Positions 13,001 through 28,000 of a stretch of DNA of 64,000 bases are shown here, one piece after another. The DNA comes from Eledone cirrhosa. Its lineage: Eukaryota. The translations under genes were made by a program, and so were the position numbers. The stretch's first letter is position 1. The number at the start of each line of letters is the position of its first letter. Location of the stretch: assembly GCA_964016885.1 (NCBI GenBank), contig OZ024743.1, forward strand, positions 282,286,001-282,350,000. Direction: 5' to 3'. A model generated the notes under the pieces. It saw only the letters and a list, made by a program, of their open reading frames with translations. It was not told the DNA's origin and searched no databases.

Positions 13001-16000
13001 GCCAGTTTAAACAGAAAGAGGTAAGAGAATTCTGGCCGGATACGGCCGGTTTAATTGCTAAAAGGTTAATCATAACAACACCTTCCAGTCAAAGTGAGAT
13101 TGACACACCTGTATTATATTAGGATCAACAAAATCAGCAACATTATGTCCTTCCCAGATTTCTGGCATGACATCATATTTTTCTTCTGGATGCTCCAAAT
13201 CCCAGGTTTCTGTCGCAAAAGAGAATTTAAAAAAATATAATAAAATAAAGAATTCAAACTATTCTTTTATCAAAATGTTTGCTTTTAGAAAAGCTGCCAC
13301 ATTGCAGATGAACTATAAATAATGGGTGAATAAGTCGAGTAAAGTCTTCTTGGAGTTAAAAAAATATACAGAGCTACCCGTGAGAATCAAACTACACAAC
13401 TGTCGTACACCAGTATACAGATGTGCGGTTTTCTATTTTCTCAACTATTATTTGTAGCTTATCTGCAAACGCTTCTTTGTAAACAAATCAATGTTGTTTA
13501 TTTTTCTACTAGTCTCAGTTAGTGGACCGCAGTCAGACAGGAGCACCACTTTCAAACGCATAGGCCCAGTTCTTGATTGATACTTAATTCATCAATGCTG
13601 GAAGTTTGACAAAGTTTGAACTCAGAACATAACCAAATACTGCAAAAGTTTTTACAATGCCATACCGATTCTGTCAATCGAATTCAGAATTTAAAATATT
13701 TTCCTCTTAAAAGTTTAAAAGAACCCATATGTCAAAATATGAATAATAATAATGGATTCTAATACTGCCACAAGGCTACAGAAGTTGCTGATTGAATCAA
13801 CCCCAGAATGATTGGTATTTATTTTATTGGCTCTAATGGGATCTAGATGAAATCTAAGTATATCATTACACAAGCATTTTCTCCTATACTCTACTAATTT
13901 AGCTAACTACTAATAATTTTTAGCAATGGTTGAAAGCCACAAATTTAGCAGGAAAATACAATCAGTAAAATTGACCCCAATAGTTTTTTGGTACTTATTG
14001 CATTGATATCAATGGAATTAGAACCCAGACAAGGTAAAGATGTAAATAACAGAATCATCATCATTATTTCATTTTACGTCCACTTTTTCCTGCTTGCAAG
14101 GGTATTTTAACTAATGCCCCTGTTGACTGTGCCATCCATAATAATAATAATGATGGTAATGATAATAATTACTTGGTTCATAGCCACAAATTTAGAGGAG
14201 GATTATTTATAATCAATTGATTTGCCTTCCCTCCATCAATACATTAGTGATAACTATTTTACTAACCTGGAGGTATGAAAGGCAATAGTGACCATAGTAG
14301 GAATCAAACTTCATACAGGACAAATGGACCATTGATTCTGACAATTCAATACACACACACACATATATATATACACAGAGAGAGATACATTATCATTTAA
14401 TATGTTTTGCCATGCTGGTATGGCTTGGAGACCTTAATAATTAACTGCCACCCCTAAATTGACTGTGTCCATGTATGAAATCATTATTATTAACTTCCTT
14501 GAGTTTCTTAAGACAATATCTCCAAATTCTTTCAAAATACATTCATGACAATAACAACTATAAATTCAAAATCAATTACATATTTAGCCTAATAATTACT
14601 TACTTCTCAAATCTAAAATGTAATCATCTCCCATTTCTTCTTCAATGTCTTTTTCCTGCAAACAAACAAAAGTATTTTACTTTTTTATAACATAACCAAG
14701 ACAGAGGGAAGGGAAATGTTACAGGTCCTTTCCAGATTGGAGAAATTGAGGTTCAGTTTAATAAACCTTACTCGGCAAGGAATTCCAGATAAAGTGTTTA
14801 TTAGTGTGAAGTGGTCTCAGGAGCAATACAGTAAGAATGATAGTAAAACAAATTGGACTGAGAAGACAAAGTAAGCAGGTAGCTTGTTCAGGAAACTTGT
14901 AGTAGCAATAGAAGAAGCAAAGGGTAATAATGGCATGCCTTTGAAGTTAAATTCTTGACAATCAGTCAAATTAAATGCTCTTTGTTCAGGCTATCTGTTT
15001 AACTTTGTTTTTCAATCTTTCACGGTTGATAAATACCAATGGAATGGTAGAAGCTGTTAGATCTTTCAATAAGGTGTCTTGCAGTAACTGTTTTCCAACA
15101 GAGGCTCCTATAGGACGTTAGGATTTAACAACACTATTCCACAGATGTGAGCAGTACTTCAATGTGGCTTTCATAATTGTTGGGTGATAAATTAAAATAC
15201 AGCATTTAATATTTTAAACCAAAAAGAAATAATTTTAACTATGGAGGATTCCAGGTATTACAAGAAACATTTATCTATTTCCTTTGTCCGTTGTTGTCGT
15301 TACAGCTTACAATTATGTAGATTTAGTTAGTCTCCTATGAACTTGCTTCTTACAAGGTTCTTGGATGTTTTAATGAGATGCCCCAGGAGTTAAACTCAGA
15401 AAATACAAAGCCAGAATAGATGCCACATGGCATGCTGACCAATGCTTTGACAATTCTGGGACTGGTATTTTATTTACCAACCACATAATGACAAAACAAA
15501 CAGAGCATCTTAATACAACACTAACTTCCAATTTGTCATCTTTTGGCCTTAGTTCTTATTCTCTTCCTTCTGAAGAACATTAAATAAAATCTCAGAAACT
15601 AACTTAGCCATATAAACAGTTACAATTGAAGACGAATAAGTAATTCTTACCAATTTCTTCTTTTGTGCTTCCATTTCCATTTTTTGTCTTTTCTGAAGAA
15701 CCGCTTCAGGGATATGGACAGGTCGGTCCTATTAAAAATATACATGTATAGATATATATATATATATATATATCACCATCATTTAACGGCCATCTCCCAC
15801 GGTAGCATGGATTGGACGGGTTTGTCCCACTTGAGGCAAGATTGGTCAGGTGACCGTCTCTCGCCCATATAGAACTGTTTCTGGCAGGTTTTCTTTGGCT
15901 GGATGCCCTTCCTAATGCCAACCACATTTACAGTGTGAACTGGGAGCCTTTTTACTGTCTCCTACTTGACCACTTTACAGTGCGATATACATATATAGAG

Positions 16001-19000
16001 AGAGAGCGCGACAGAGATATCAACATTCCATCATAGCTTACATTTCATTGATGCTACATATACTTTTTTCATATGATGCCATGACTATCACAAATCGAAA
16101 TATATTTGAATGTAGAAATCACCACTCAACCAACTTATGGTAAAATGCACACAGTACAAGCCGTAAAATTGCTGGCATAAAACTAAATAGAACTCTTCAG
16201 TCATGTCTACATGTCAACCTCTCTGCTGGTGTCATGATAAAATGCACCCAGTACATTCTGTAAAGTGGTTAGAATTTAGGAAGGGCATCCACTTAGAGAA
16301 ACCATGCCAAAAGGGTTGAGATGATTCTTCAGCTACATCAAGAACATAACAACCCCTCTAGTGCTGGTTCTATGATAAAATATACTCAATACACACTCTA
16401 ATCTAGCCATAGAAACCAAGCCCAACTGGAATGTATTGAGTGAGACATGGCCTTCTGACCTGTCTAGGACAGTAGCTCCATTTAAGTACTGACTTAACAG
16501 CCTATCAAAACCATCCCAGAATGGAAAATCAGATACAAAAGAATCATGATTTTTTTTCATATTGCTATTCACTCAAGCAATGGGTGACATAAACATAACA
16601 CAATGTAGCTGTAGTAAACTCATAATTAAGTAGCTGAAGATTTTGTGATTCACAATACAATGTTAAACTTAATATATATTAGAGAACAAAAAAAAACCCT
16701 CACCTGATAGGAAGTTTTTTTCTACTGGGAACGTGTCTTTTAAGAAATATAGTAAACAACACTTACTAATTGCAGGACCATAACATTCTGATATTAATGA
16801 AAGGATCCTCAGAAATCTTACCTTATCATCTCTTTTGTTTGGCATTGCAACTCTTAACCGTGATAGTAAATCATTTTTCTTTTGACGAATCTTTGTTTCC
16901 ACTCGGTAAGCTAATAGACGATCACAAGCCTGTATTAAACATAGTAAAATAACATTTTATCTATACTAGTTCAATATCATAACTGAAGTGATACGCAAAA
17001 CATTTTTTGTCACCAATTTTATCAAGTAGACTCTAATTAACAATAAAATATCTTCTCTAGTGTTGATGTTATGATAAAATGCACCCAATATACTTTGTAA
17101 AGTGGTTAGTGTTAGGAAACACATCAAACAATAGAAACCTAGTCATAAATAGAACATATTGAGTAGGCATGATCCTTTGACCTGTCTAAAAGGACAGATC
17201 AACTGCTAACGAAAGTTACTACACATGACTAGATCAATTAAAATGCATTAACCCTTTAGCACTCACATTAATTTTCAAATGTCATGCTTATCTGTTCACA
17301 TTATTTTGAGTTAATCATACTCAAGAGGGTTATCAATTTTATGTTTATAATTTTCTTAATTTTCTATGTGCAGGCTTGAAATTTTGTCAGTAGATGTTTA
17401 AATATCAATAATTTACAATTATATAATTTTACCTGATTTTTTGAGGTTAAATTTGACTTTTATGGCCAGGTGAAATTAATTAATAGGAGCATTTGAAGTA
17501 TCAACCAGGTGCAAATACTGGTTTAATTTTAAATACGTTGTTTTCGGCATAATACTTGATATATAAGGATCACTAAACTTTATATCATTGCTCCAGTAAT
17601 TCCAGTCTTGGAAATTGTTTTATACTGAACATATTTATGGTAAAAAATGCTTGCATTTCCACAGCATCTGTCGGTCACCAAACAGATCGGGTTTTCCCCA
17701 ATTTGAAATCTGTTGTTGGGCATATCGATTAATCTCTTCTGCCACAACTTTGAAGAAAGTTTGTGGTAAAAATAAAAAGAAATAATCCAGTGCTTTAGCA
17801 TCGGGAGCTAATATAATAAAATCAGGAACATATATTGGTGTGATATTTTTCAACCACGTTGCTGTAATATTTTCAATGGCGTCCTGGAGATCTCCTTCGT
17901 TTTCACTTTTGAAACAACAATCATCGTCGGATGAAATTTCAGAAATGTAAACATCTGATTTATTTGAAGATAAATCACTAATATTATCTTTTGTTTCCTG
18001 TTCATTCTGAATGTCGTCGTGTGTAAAACCTTCAAAGTCGGTATCGCTACTTTCATAAGCCATGTTGATACACAAAAAATCTGTTCTACTTTCAACGTTA
18101 AAAAAACGTGTTGTTTTAATTTGTTTCACTATATTAAGTGTTAATTTTCATGGTAAGGGCCTAATCTCGCAGTAATCTCGAATTGACGAGATTTTGATGG
18201 CGGTATTGTTTATTTTTAGAACAATATTTTAGTGTGGGTGCTATCGGCCGGCTTCGGGCGGTTTGAACAAATTAAGGGGAAATAATTTCGGCCGGTTTGA
18301 ACACTAAAGGGTTAAGGAATACAAATTTCATGTCCAAAGTGAAACGAGTAATATTCACCTCCAAAGTGAAAATATTTTAGCACCTCAGAATTTGAAGTTG
18401 ATGAAAATCGACCTCAAATATATGCTGACCCCCTCCCCCATTTTATAATCGATTTTTTTGTGACATATTTCTTATCTTATATACAAGTATATATGGTTAA
18501 GTTACTACACACCGGGTCGATTAATTGCTAATATAAGATATATATATAGCTAGATTGGAGAATGTAGGCTTTCTTATCAGGAAAATATTTTCTCTTGCAT
18601 ATTATCAAAACTAAATATCCCTCTCATTCTTTTTACACACACTAAATTTCTTATTATAGAAGAGGAAACAATTCTTAGAAATACGAATTTTTCAATATGC
18701 AAACAGGGAGCATTTACTTTAAGAATTTTCTGGCTTTGGTAGTTGTTGTTGCTTGGTCCCCAAGTCAACTCCAAGCAAACATATGATCAAAGCTGTTCCA
18801 GGTATGACTATATATATATATCATCATCATCATCTTCGTTTAATGTCTATCTTCCACGCTAGCATGGGTTAGATATATATATATAACTGCTACATCACTG
18901 TCCTAAGACAATGGATTTGATTTAACCCTTTAGTATTCACAATTAATTTGTCAAATGTCATGTTTATCTGTTCACATTATTTTCAGTTAATTGTACTCAA

Positions 19001-22000
19001 GAGGGTTATCAATTTTATGTTTGTAATTTTCTATGTGCTGGCTTGAAATGTCAGTAGATGCTAAAATATCAATAATTTACAATTATATATTTTTACCTGA
19101 TTTTTTTTGTTAAATTTGACTTTTATGGGCAGGTGAAATTAATTAATAGGAGCATTTGAAGTATCAACCAAGTGCAAATACTGGTTTAATTTTAAATATG
19201 TTGTTTTCGGCATAATAAGGATCACTAAACCTTATATCACTGCTCCAGTAATCCCAGTCTTGGAAATTGGTTTATACCGAACATAATATTTACGGTAAAA
19301 CAACAATCATCGTTGGATGAAATTTCAGAAATGTAAACATCTGATTCATTTGAGGATAAATCACTAATATTATCTTTTGTTGACGCCATGCTTTGACGTA
19401 TAGAGTTACGGCCCTTGCCATTCTGAGTTCAAATCCTGCCGAAGTTAACTTTGCCTTTCATCCTTACGGGGGTCGATAAAATAAAGCACCAGTAATGCAC
19501 TGGGTATTTGCTGGCCTTGTGCCTAACTAGAAACAATTATCTTTTGTTTCTTGTTTATTTTGAATGACATTGTGTGTAAAACCTTCAAAGTCGGTATCGC
19601 TACTCCCATAAGCCATGTTGATACACACAAAAAATCTGTTCTACTTTCAACGTTAAAAAAAACACGTGTTGTTTCACTGCAAATTTATGATCAAAGCCAT
19701 TCTAGGTATGACCATATTTTCATCATCCTATATCTAGGAATAATATATTGACCTAAGACAAAGGAAGGAGGGAGATTGGAAGAAGACTAGACTGCTATTT
19801 CTAGCAAGTCAAGCAGCTGCATAGAGGCTTCTTTATTGACTTTGGTTTGAATGCAGTTGTAAAGAGAAATAAACTGCAACAGATCAGAAATTTTTTTTTT
19901 ATTTTGACATTAAAGAGGATATTGAACCCACTTACCTCATTTTTGACATTACTAACTCCTTCTTCAGTGAGAGTACTCATATACATTACTGGAATTTTTT
20001 CCTCTTCTATTTTTTTGATAGCAGCCTTTTTAATTAAGAACACACAAGGGATAGTATATTTAAATACTTTTACAAAGTAAATCAAAAACATGAAAAAAAA
20101 AAATGTCAGAACAATATATTATAATTGTTTCTACTTTTGGCACAAGGCCAGCAATTACCCAGTACATTACTGGTACTTTATTTTATCGACCCCGTAAGGA
20201 TGAAAGGCAAAGTTAACCTCGGCAGGATTTGAACTCAGACCATAAAGGGCCGTAACTCTTTGCTGCAAAGCATGGCGTCCGACCCTCTACCGATACCTCC
20301 AATCCACCGCCATTATGATAAGTTCAAATCCCGCCGAGGTCAACTTTGCCTTTCATCCTTACGGGGTCAATAAAATAAAGTACCAGTAATGTACTGGGTA
20401 ATTGCTGGCCTTGTGCCAAAAGTAGAAACAATTATGATAATGGTATATTAATACAATGTTTATAAGAAGTTAGAAAGGTGCCTTAATATTTCAGATTCCA
20501 GTCAGGGTAAATAGAGAGAGAAAAAAGGATATTTTGGAGAGAGAAGACAGACAGAAAAAAAGGGGAGGGAAGAAAACATGTAGTTCCTAGTCAGCTATCT
20601 TCATATATAAATGTGCATCCCAGGTTCAATCCCATTCAAATGAAACAGTTCTAGTCCTGTAGAAACCATTTCTATATTAAATATTATATATATATGGAGG
20701 CACATGGCTTAGTGGTTAGAACATTGGCCTTGTAATCGAAAGGTTGCGAGTTCAATTCTCAGACCGGGTGATGTGTTGTTTCCTTGAGCAAGACACTTTA
20801 TTTCACATTGCTTCAGTTTACTCAGCTGTAGAAATGAGAAGATAGGGACTGGGGTCCCTATCATTCCACTGCAAAGTGGTCGTGGAGGTGCCACGGAAAA
20901 AAAGCACTAAGCACTCACTGTAAATGAGGTTTGTGTTAGGAAGGGCATCCAGCTGTAAAAATCAAGCCAGAATCAGTTCCCGTCCCACCCTTGCAAGCAG
21001 GGAAAAGCGGACGTATGATGATGATATATATACACACACACATATGGTATTAGGAAGATTATCCAGCCATAGAAACCATCCAGAATGGAATGTATGAGCA
21101 AGACGCAGTCATCTGATCCGTCTAACCTCAGAACATGACATTCTGTCTAACCCATGCAAGTATGAAATATAAACATAAAACAATATGTATAAAAAAAATT
21201 TGTTAATGTAGTACTTGGTCTGACAAGTTATATCTCTTAGGCAGATAAAGCCATTCTATAAATACTAAAAGTACTGGAGTTAACAAAATCAATTAAAATC
21301 CTATGAAGGCAGTACCCCAGCATGACCACAGTCCAATGACTGAAACCAGGGAAGGAATACAAATAAAATCTAAACATTTTCAGGAAAGAAACATGAAATG
21401 TTATTTTAGACTTAAGCAATTCCATTGTATGTAGTGGAACTTCATTAGTCGCCATGTCAATTTTACGTTTTAAGGCCAATTTCCTTGCTAAACCAAAATT
21501 TAATCATGCCGGTCCCATAACAAGTTTCCTCATTTTGCCCTATTGCCTGAACCCTCTCCTCCGCATTCCTCTGGCTTTCATTTTCTCTCCCACCATCTTT
21601 AGCCATGTCTTTCTTAGCCTTCCTCTTCCTCAACTTTTTTCCACATTCATTTTCATCACTCCTCACATTAGGTCAATTTCATCTTTCATCAACACACAAA
21701 CCAAATCATTTCTCTTCACAACATTCACCACTGACTCTATTCACACCATCTTATCTAATTCATTGTTTAACTTCCTCTTTCTGAGTGATATATCATGTTT
21801 CATTGCAAGCATTTCAGTGTATCTATGGAGATGTGGCAATTTTATTTTACTGCCTTAGTTTACCTAGAGAGAGAGAGAGAGTATGATTCAGATGAAATAT
21901 ATGAGACAAACTATATGAAACCAAACATTAAATTCCAACATTTTGTAAAAGAACCTATTAACTAGTCATATATTCTTTCACATCCTATTTATTTCAACAA

Positions 22001-25000
22001 ACAAAAGTAAAGTAAAAAATATACCCATGAACTATCACAAAACAAAGCATACTCCATTATTACAATATATACTTATGGGGTCGATAAAATAAAGTACCAG
22101 TAATGCACTGGGATAATTGCTGGCCTTGTGCCAAAAGTAGAAATAATTATTACAATATATACTCATAAGTTGCCATTTTTTAAACTAAAATAATTGGGAG
22201 CAAAAAACTGCTTGCAGTTTATCTATCACTACGGAGACTCTCATATTCATGTGAAAGAATTATAAACAAAAAGGAGTGAGGCTTATTTACTGCAGCAACC
22301 TATATACAAGTACAGTATATAAGGTACATTTATTGGGAAAAAAAAAGAAAATGTATGTATGGTGAACAAATTACCTGTGAGTCTTCTGGTAGATCTTCAA
22401 ATTTCAGAATATCTACTTTGTTGATGCAAACTAAGATAGGTTTATTTACAAACAAAGGTTTGATGCTGTCAAATAAGGCAATCTGAAAATAAAAAATAAA
22501 AAAGATTACATCTATTGGTTCTATAGTGAGAAGTAAGTAAGAATAAGGGAGGGGGGACACTGCATTAGACTAATTAAATAACCCCATTAATTTATTAATT
22601 TGGGTTGAGGGAGAATAATTAAATTGATGTGTAGGACGGCTCTACAAATTCATGCATTTTGGATAAATTATTGAATATTTTAGTCCTTCTTCATGTCAGA
22701 CTTAGCATTGAAGTGGGAAGTAAAACAATATTGAAATAGCACTATTTAAGGCTGTACATGGCTATGGTGCGGTCACACTTAGAATTTGCATCACCAGTCT
22801 GGAACCCCTATCTTGCTCAGAACATTGACCGCCTGGAAACTGTTCAGAGACGTGCAACCAAGCGAATACCCTCCATCAGGCATCTACCATACTCTGAACG
22901 CCTTGCTTCCCTGGGCATGGATACATTGAAACTCTGACGCCTTGCAACTGACTTGCTAAACACCCACAAAATTATTAACCATCTTGCCAACAACAACACT
23001 GAGTACCTTTTTGACTTCCATGTGTCTAACACACGTGGGCATGCCCACAAAGTCAGAAAACAGCACAACTCCCATGACTTTTAGAAATATTTTTTCATGC
23101 TCAGAGTTGCTGAAGCATGGAACAAACTACCTGCATCAGTTATTAGCTTTCGAGACACTGCATCCTTTAAAACCTCCATGCTTCTTGAGATTCACCAACA
23201 CTACACCTAATGTTCCCCCTCCATACACATACACACATGTATATCATGACTCATACACTATTCACTTCCCTGACATTTGTATATTATTCTATGTACTATG
23301 CGTGCACCTGAGCACTTTACACAATAATTTCATTATTATTATTATTAGTAGTATGTGTGAAATTTGCTTACGGATTCATCTAATGTTTACACATTTTCAG
23401 TCAATATTATTTTACATTTTAAAAATCTCAGATAATTCAAATAGTGGTTGTAACGAGTTGAAATGTAAAGTGAATGACAATCAAACAAAAACAGAACAAT
23501 GCCGAAAGGACTCTTCAGTCATACCAAGTACACAACTTATCTAGTACTGGACCACAATAAATATGTACTCATTACACACTGTAAGGTAGCTGGTGTCAGG
23601 AAGAATATTCAGCCATAGAAACCGTACCAAAATATGAAATGTACTACCATAGCATGGTGTCCAAACTGTCTTGTTTCAGACTGTGACAACCTATCCAACC
23701 TATGCCAACATGGAAAGTGGATGTAAAATGGTGGTGATGATTAGAGCATTTTGGTGTATTTAGAGAAGCAAATCCATACCTGTTCTTCAATTGTTTGGTT
23801 ACATTGTTCAGAGATATCCATAACATATAGTACTGCAGCTTTTAAATGAGCTAATGCTGTAATGGCCTGCATTTCAATAGTGTTTCTATTTTCCAAAGGA
23901 TGATCCAAAATACCTGGAGTATCAACGACCTATTTGGAAAGAAAAGAAAAACAATTTTAGAATATAAATTATTTCAAAGAGTAATTTAATAATAATATAT
24001 TCACTGGCTTCTACATTCAGATATGTTCAAAACCTAGTCTAAGAGATATCAGCAGTCAAATGCATTATAAACAAAAAAAAAAAAAGAGATGACTCATGTT
24101 GTAGATGGCACATTTCATATAGCCTGTGCCACACGATTCAAGCTAATGATCACTTGAACAGTATTAGTCAACATAACTATTATAATGATGTAGAAGCTTG
24201 AGTTAAGCAGTTACAGAACCTCATATGATTACAGCTTTATTCAGATGAATTACAGAACTTGAATAAATACTTAGAAGACTCATTGTAATAGACAGTGTAT
24301 TTCTTTAGAAATATGGTCATGAAAAAGGCTAAAACAAGGCATTTGCATATTCAATAGTCTTAGAATTATTTCTGGTTTCAAAATTGTCTGCTTATACTGT
24401 CTCTCTGATCAATAGTCCGTGATGGATTCTCAATAACAGTTATAACTAAGGTTAACAGTGATAAAAACATTTGTTAATGATTTTGGAATGGAACAAAACC
24501 TTTTCGATAATAACCAGTTGAAATTAGCTGTGGTTTCCTCCATATTGGAAAACATAAACATTATCAGAAAATATGAAATAAAACTTTCTATAAAATAGAT
24601 ATCTTACCTGCCAACGTAGATACCGATGGTCAGTATGTCCGACAAACAATGACTTGGTAGTGAAAGCATAAGGCTGTACTTCAACATCAGCCCGTGTGAT
24701 CTAGAGAAATAATTAGACAACATTTAAATAAATTAATACAGTAATGTTTTCAAAGAAAATGGATTTCCAAATATCGAAAATTTGATTATGAAGTGAATGA
24801 CACCTTTTACTCAGTTGGGTAAATTGAATGAAATAGAATAATGTACCTTGCTTAACTCTTAAGCATTTGCATTGAGAACAATACCTTAACATCAGTATGA
24901 GCAGCTGGCTACAGCCAGTTTGAACAGAAAGAAGTGAGAGAATTCAGGCCAGATATAACTGGTTTAAATGCTAACGGGTGACAATGACAGAATCTAAAAT

Positions 25001-28000
25001 ATCTTGCTTTGGTCACAGCATCTATATGTCAATCAATAATGGTTTCTAATTTAGGCACAAGGCCAGCAAATTTGCAAGAAGATTGTCAATGAAATCGATC
25101 TCAGTATTTTACTGGTACTTTATTTTATTGGAAGGAAAAAAATGCAAGGGTTGCCATGACAGAAAAGAACATAAAAAAGCCAAAACAAATGCTACAAAGC
25201 ATTTGTCTTATGTTCCAACAATTCGACCAATACATGACAACAAACATTTAAAACTTTGAAAGCATGTGTATTTAGAAAACAGCAAACTGAATTTGAAAAT
25301 TGAATTAGAAGATTTCACCATAAGTTTGACTAAATGAAATAATCTAATAATAACAGCGTATTGAACGGAAAAGTGACAGCAAAATCTTCTAATTCATTTA
25401 AAACTTTGTTTTGTTCATCAATTTCAGTTCATATCTCCACCATAATACAATAAAACACAGGAAAATTACTGTTTTAACCCTTTTGCTACCATATTTCTAA
25501 TGAAAGACACTATCATTTTCAAATCATTTTGAAAACAATCAAGAATTTGGATTGATTTAGTAATATAACTTACTTTTTTGTTATTAATCTGATGTTTGGA
25601 ACATAACACAATTAATTACATCAAATTATAATTGTTTCTACATTTGGCACAAGGGCAGCAATTACTCAGTAGGTTACTGGTACTTTATTTTATCGACCCC
25701 GTAAGGATGAAAGGCAAAGTTAACCTCGGCAGGATTTGAACTCAGATCGTAAGGGGACGTAACTATGCTGGAAAGCATGTCTGACCCTCTACCGATACTG
25801 CCAATTCACTGCCTTTCAAATTATAATGAACATTTTTTAGATAAATATAAATATTTTAAAATAGGCAGTTTTATGCTGTAGAACCAATGACAGTTCTTAG
25901 GGTTAAACATTATTTTAGGTTCAAATAACAATAGCACAAAATGTTATTTTGCTTATAAACAACTAATGATGAATAGATATGAGTACTAGGACCAAATTGT
26001 AGATCACTGTAATTGGTCATTAAGTCCAATAAAATAGAAAGTAAATACATTAGTATTTTGATAAACAAAAGAGGCTTACTTCAAATTTTCTTCTCAACTT
26101 CAGATTAAATTTATGACAATTGAAAAAAATATATGTACAAATCCAGCACCAGCAAATTTATACTATGTGTAGCAAGATTTATCTGTAGTTGGGAATCCAT
26201 TTTAAACTAATAGAATATAGAATGTTTAACATTCAATATTAAATAGGATCTGTTGATAAAACCCGTCTTCAATTCCTGAAGAGAGAAGTTAGCTGGATCT
26301 GTAATCCAGTATAGTTGGAAAATATTCATACATACCTTATTAATAAAGCTTGATTTTCCAACATTAGGGAATCCACAAATAAGAAGAGTTCGAGTGGTAG
26401 GGTCAATGGAGGGTAAACGAGATAGATGCTGTCTAACTTGTTCTAGATACTCCAAGCTCTGTTTCTGACGTTTCAAAATGGTCACCATTCTATAAATAAA
26501 TACCATAATATACAATTGTATATCAACATATTCTTTCTTCTTTTTTAATTAATGTATATTACCAAAGTTTATGATTAATTCCAGATATGGCTGTGGGGTT
26601 AACAATTTCTCCTCATAACCAAGATATAAATAAATTCTCATTATAAAGCTAGTGTTTGGAGCAAAGCTTAAAGGTTGGATGTATGATGATAACAAACAGC
26701 TTTGTATCATAGAACTAAGGTGATTTTGGTATCAAAAGATTCAAAATACTGGTAATATTTATTAGTGTCCTGCTGCTTAGCTTTGAAGGATGAAGATTGG
26801 CAGAATAAGTACCACATTTAAAAAGATTAGGGTCAGCACAAGGAAGGGCATCTGGTCATAGAATACCACCTCAAAAAGTATCACCCAACCTACACCAACA
26901 CGGAAAAGCAAATGCAAAAAGGTTCATAATGCTAAAGTAAAATACTATTAGAAAAACTTACCTTCCAAGAGCTGCTTTCTTCAACTGCTTGCATCGATAG
27001 AGTGAATCAGCATATTTCAGAAGTCGAACATAGTCTTTTGAAACACTGCAGTGAGAACATTTCACGATTAGTCTTAAAATAAACTAAAGATATTTGAAAG
27101 TGATATTTGTTTGGTATGCCTAGATCTAAGATTAAATGCAGAAAAATAATGTACAGATTACACCTATGCAGGTTTAGCTGGCTTCCTGCAAGATTACGTA
27201 AGTGGTTTTACAGGTGTTTTAATAATAGTCCAACTCCTATCATGAAAAATAGTGCAAAATGAAGCATCTTGCTCAAGAACAGAACATGTCGCCCAGTCTA
27301 GAAATTGGATCCACGACCTTTATGATCCTGAATCTAACACTCTAACCACTAAGCCATTTAATGGGCTGTACCCATAATTCAAAAGACCTAACCGTGTTAC
27401 ACTCAATACAACCAAGTATTTTAAAGCCATCTTCCCTGATAAAACAGAGATTAGTCTTGAGAGCCACATGACACACGTCTCCATTTCCCCCTATTGTCTG
27501 CATACCCTTCCCCAAACCCCCTCACTGGCTTTCATTTCCTAATCCACCATTCTTAGCCATGTCTTTTTTCGTCTTCCCTTTTCTCTACTCCCTTTCACAT
27601 TAATTTCCATCATTTCTTTCATCCTTCTTCAACACATGACCCAAATATCTCATTCCATTTCTCTTCACAACATTCATCACTGGTTCTATTCCTATCATCC
27701 TCTACCATACATTGTTGTTTTCTCTCTCAACAATACTCCATTCATCCACTGGACCATTCACATTACTGATCTTTCCAGCCTTCTCTGTTGCTCCATGTTT
27801 ATGGCCATAAAGCACGACACTTCTCACACATACAGCATACACCTTTCCTTTCACAACTTCTATATTCTACTATTAACACCAGGTCATCTGCATATATGGT
27901 AACAACTTCCCTGGTAAACCCTCCTTTACAATTCAGGTCAGTACCTTCACATCTACAAAAGTTGTGAGCTTAATAAATAAAACTGATGCACTCCAACTTT

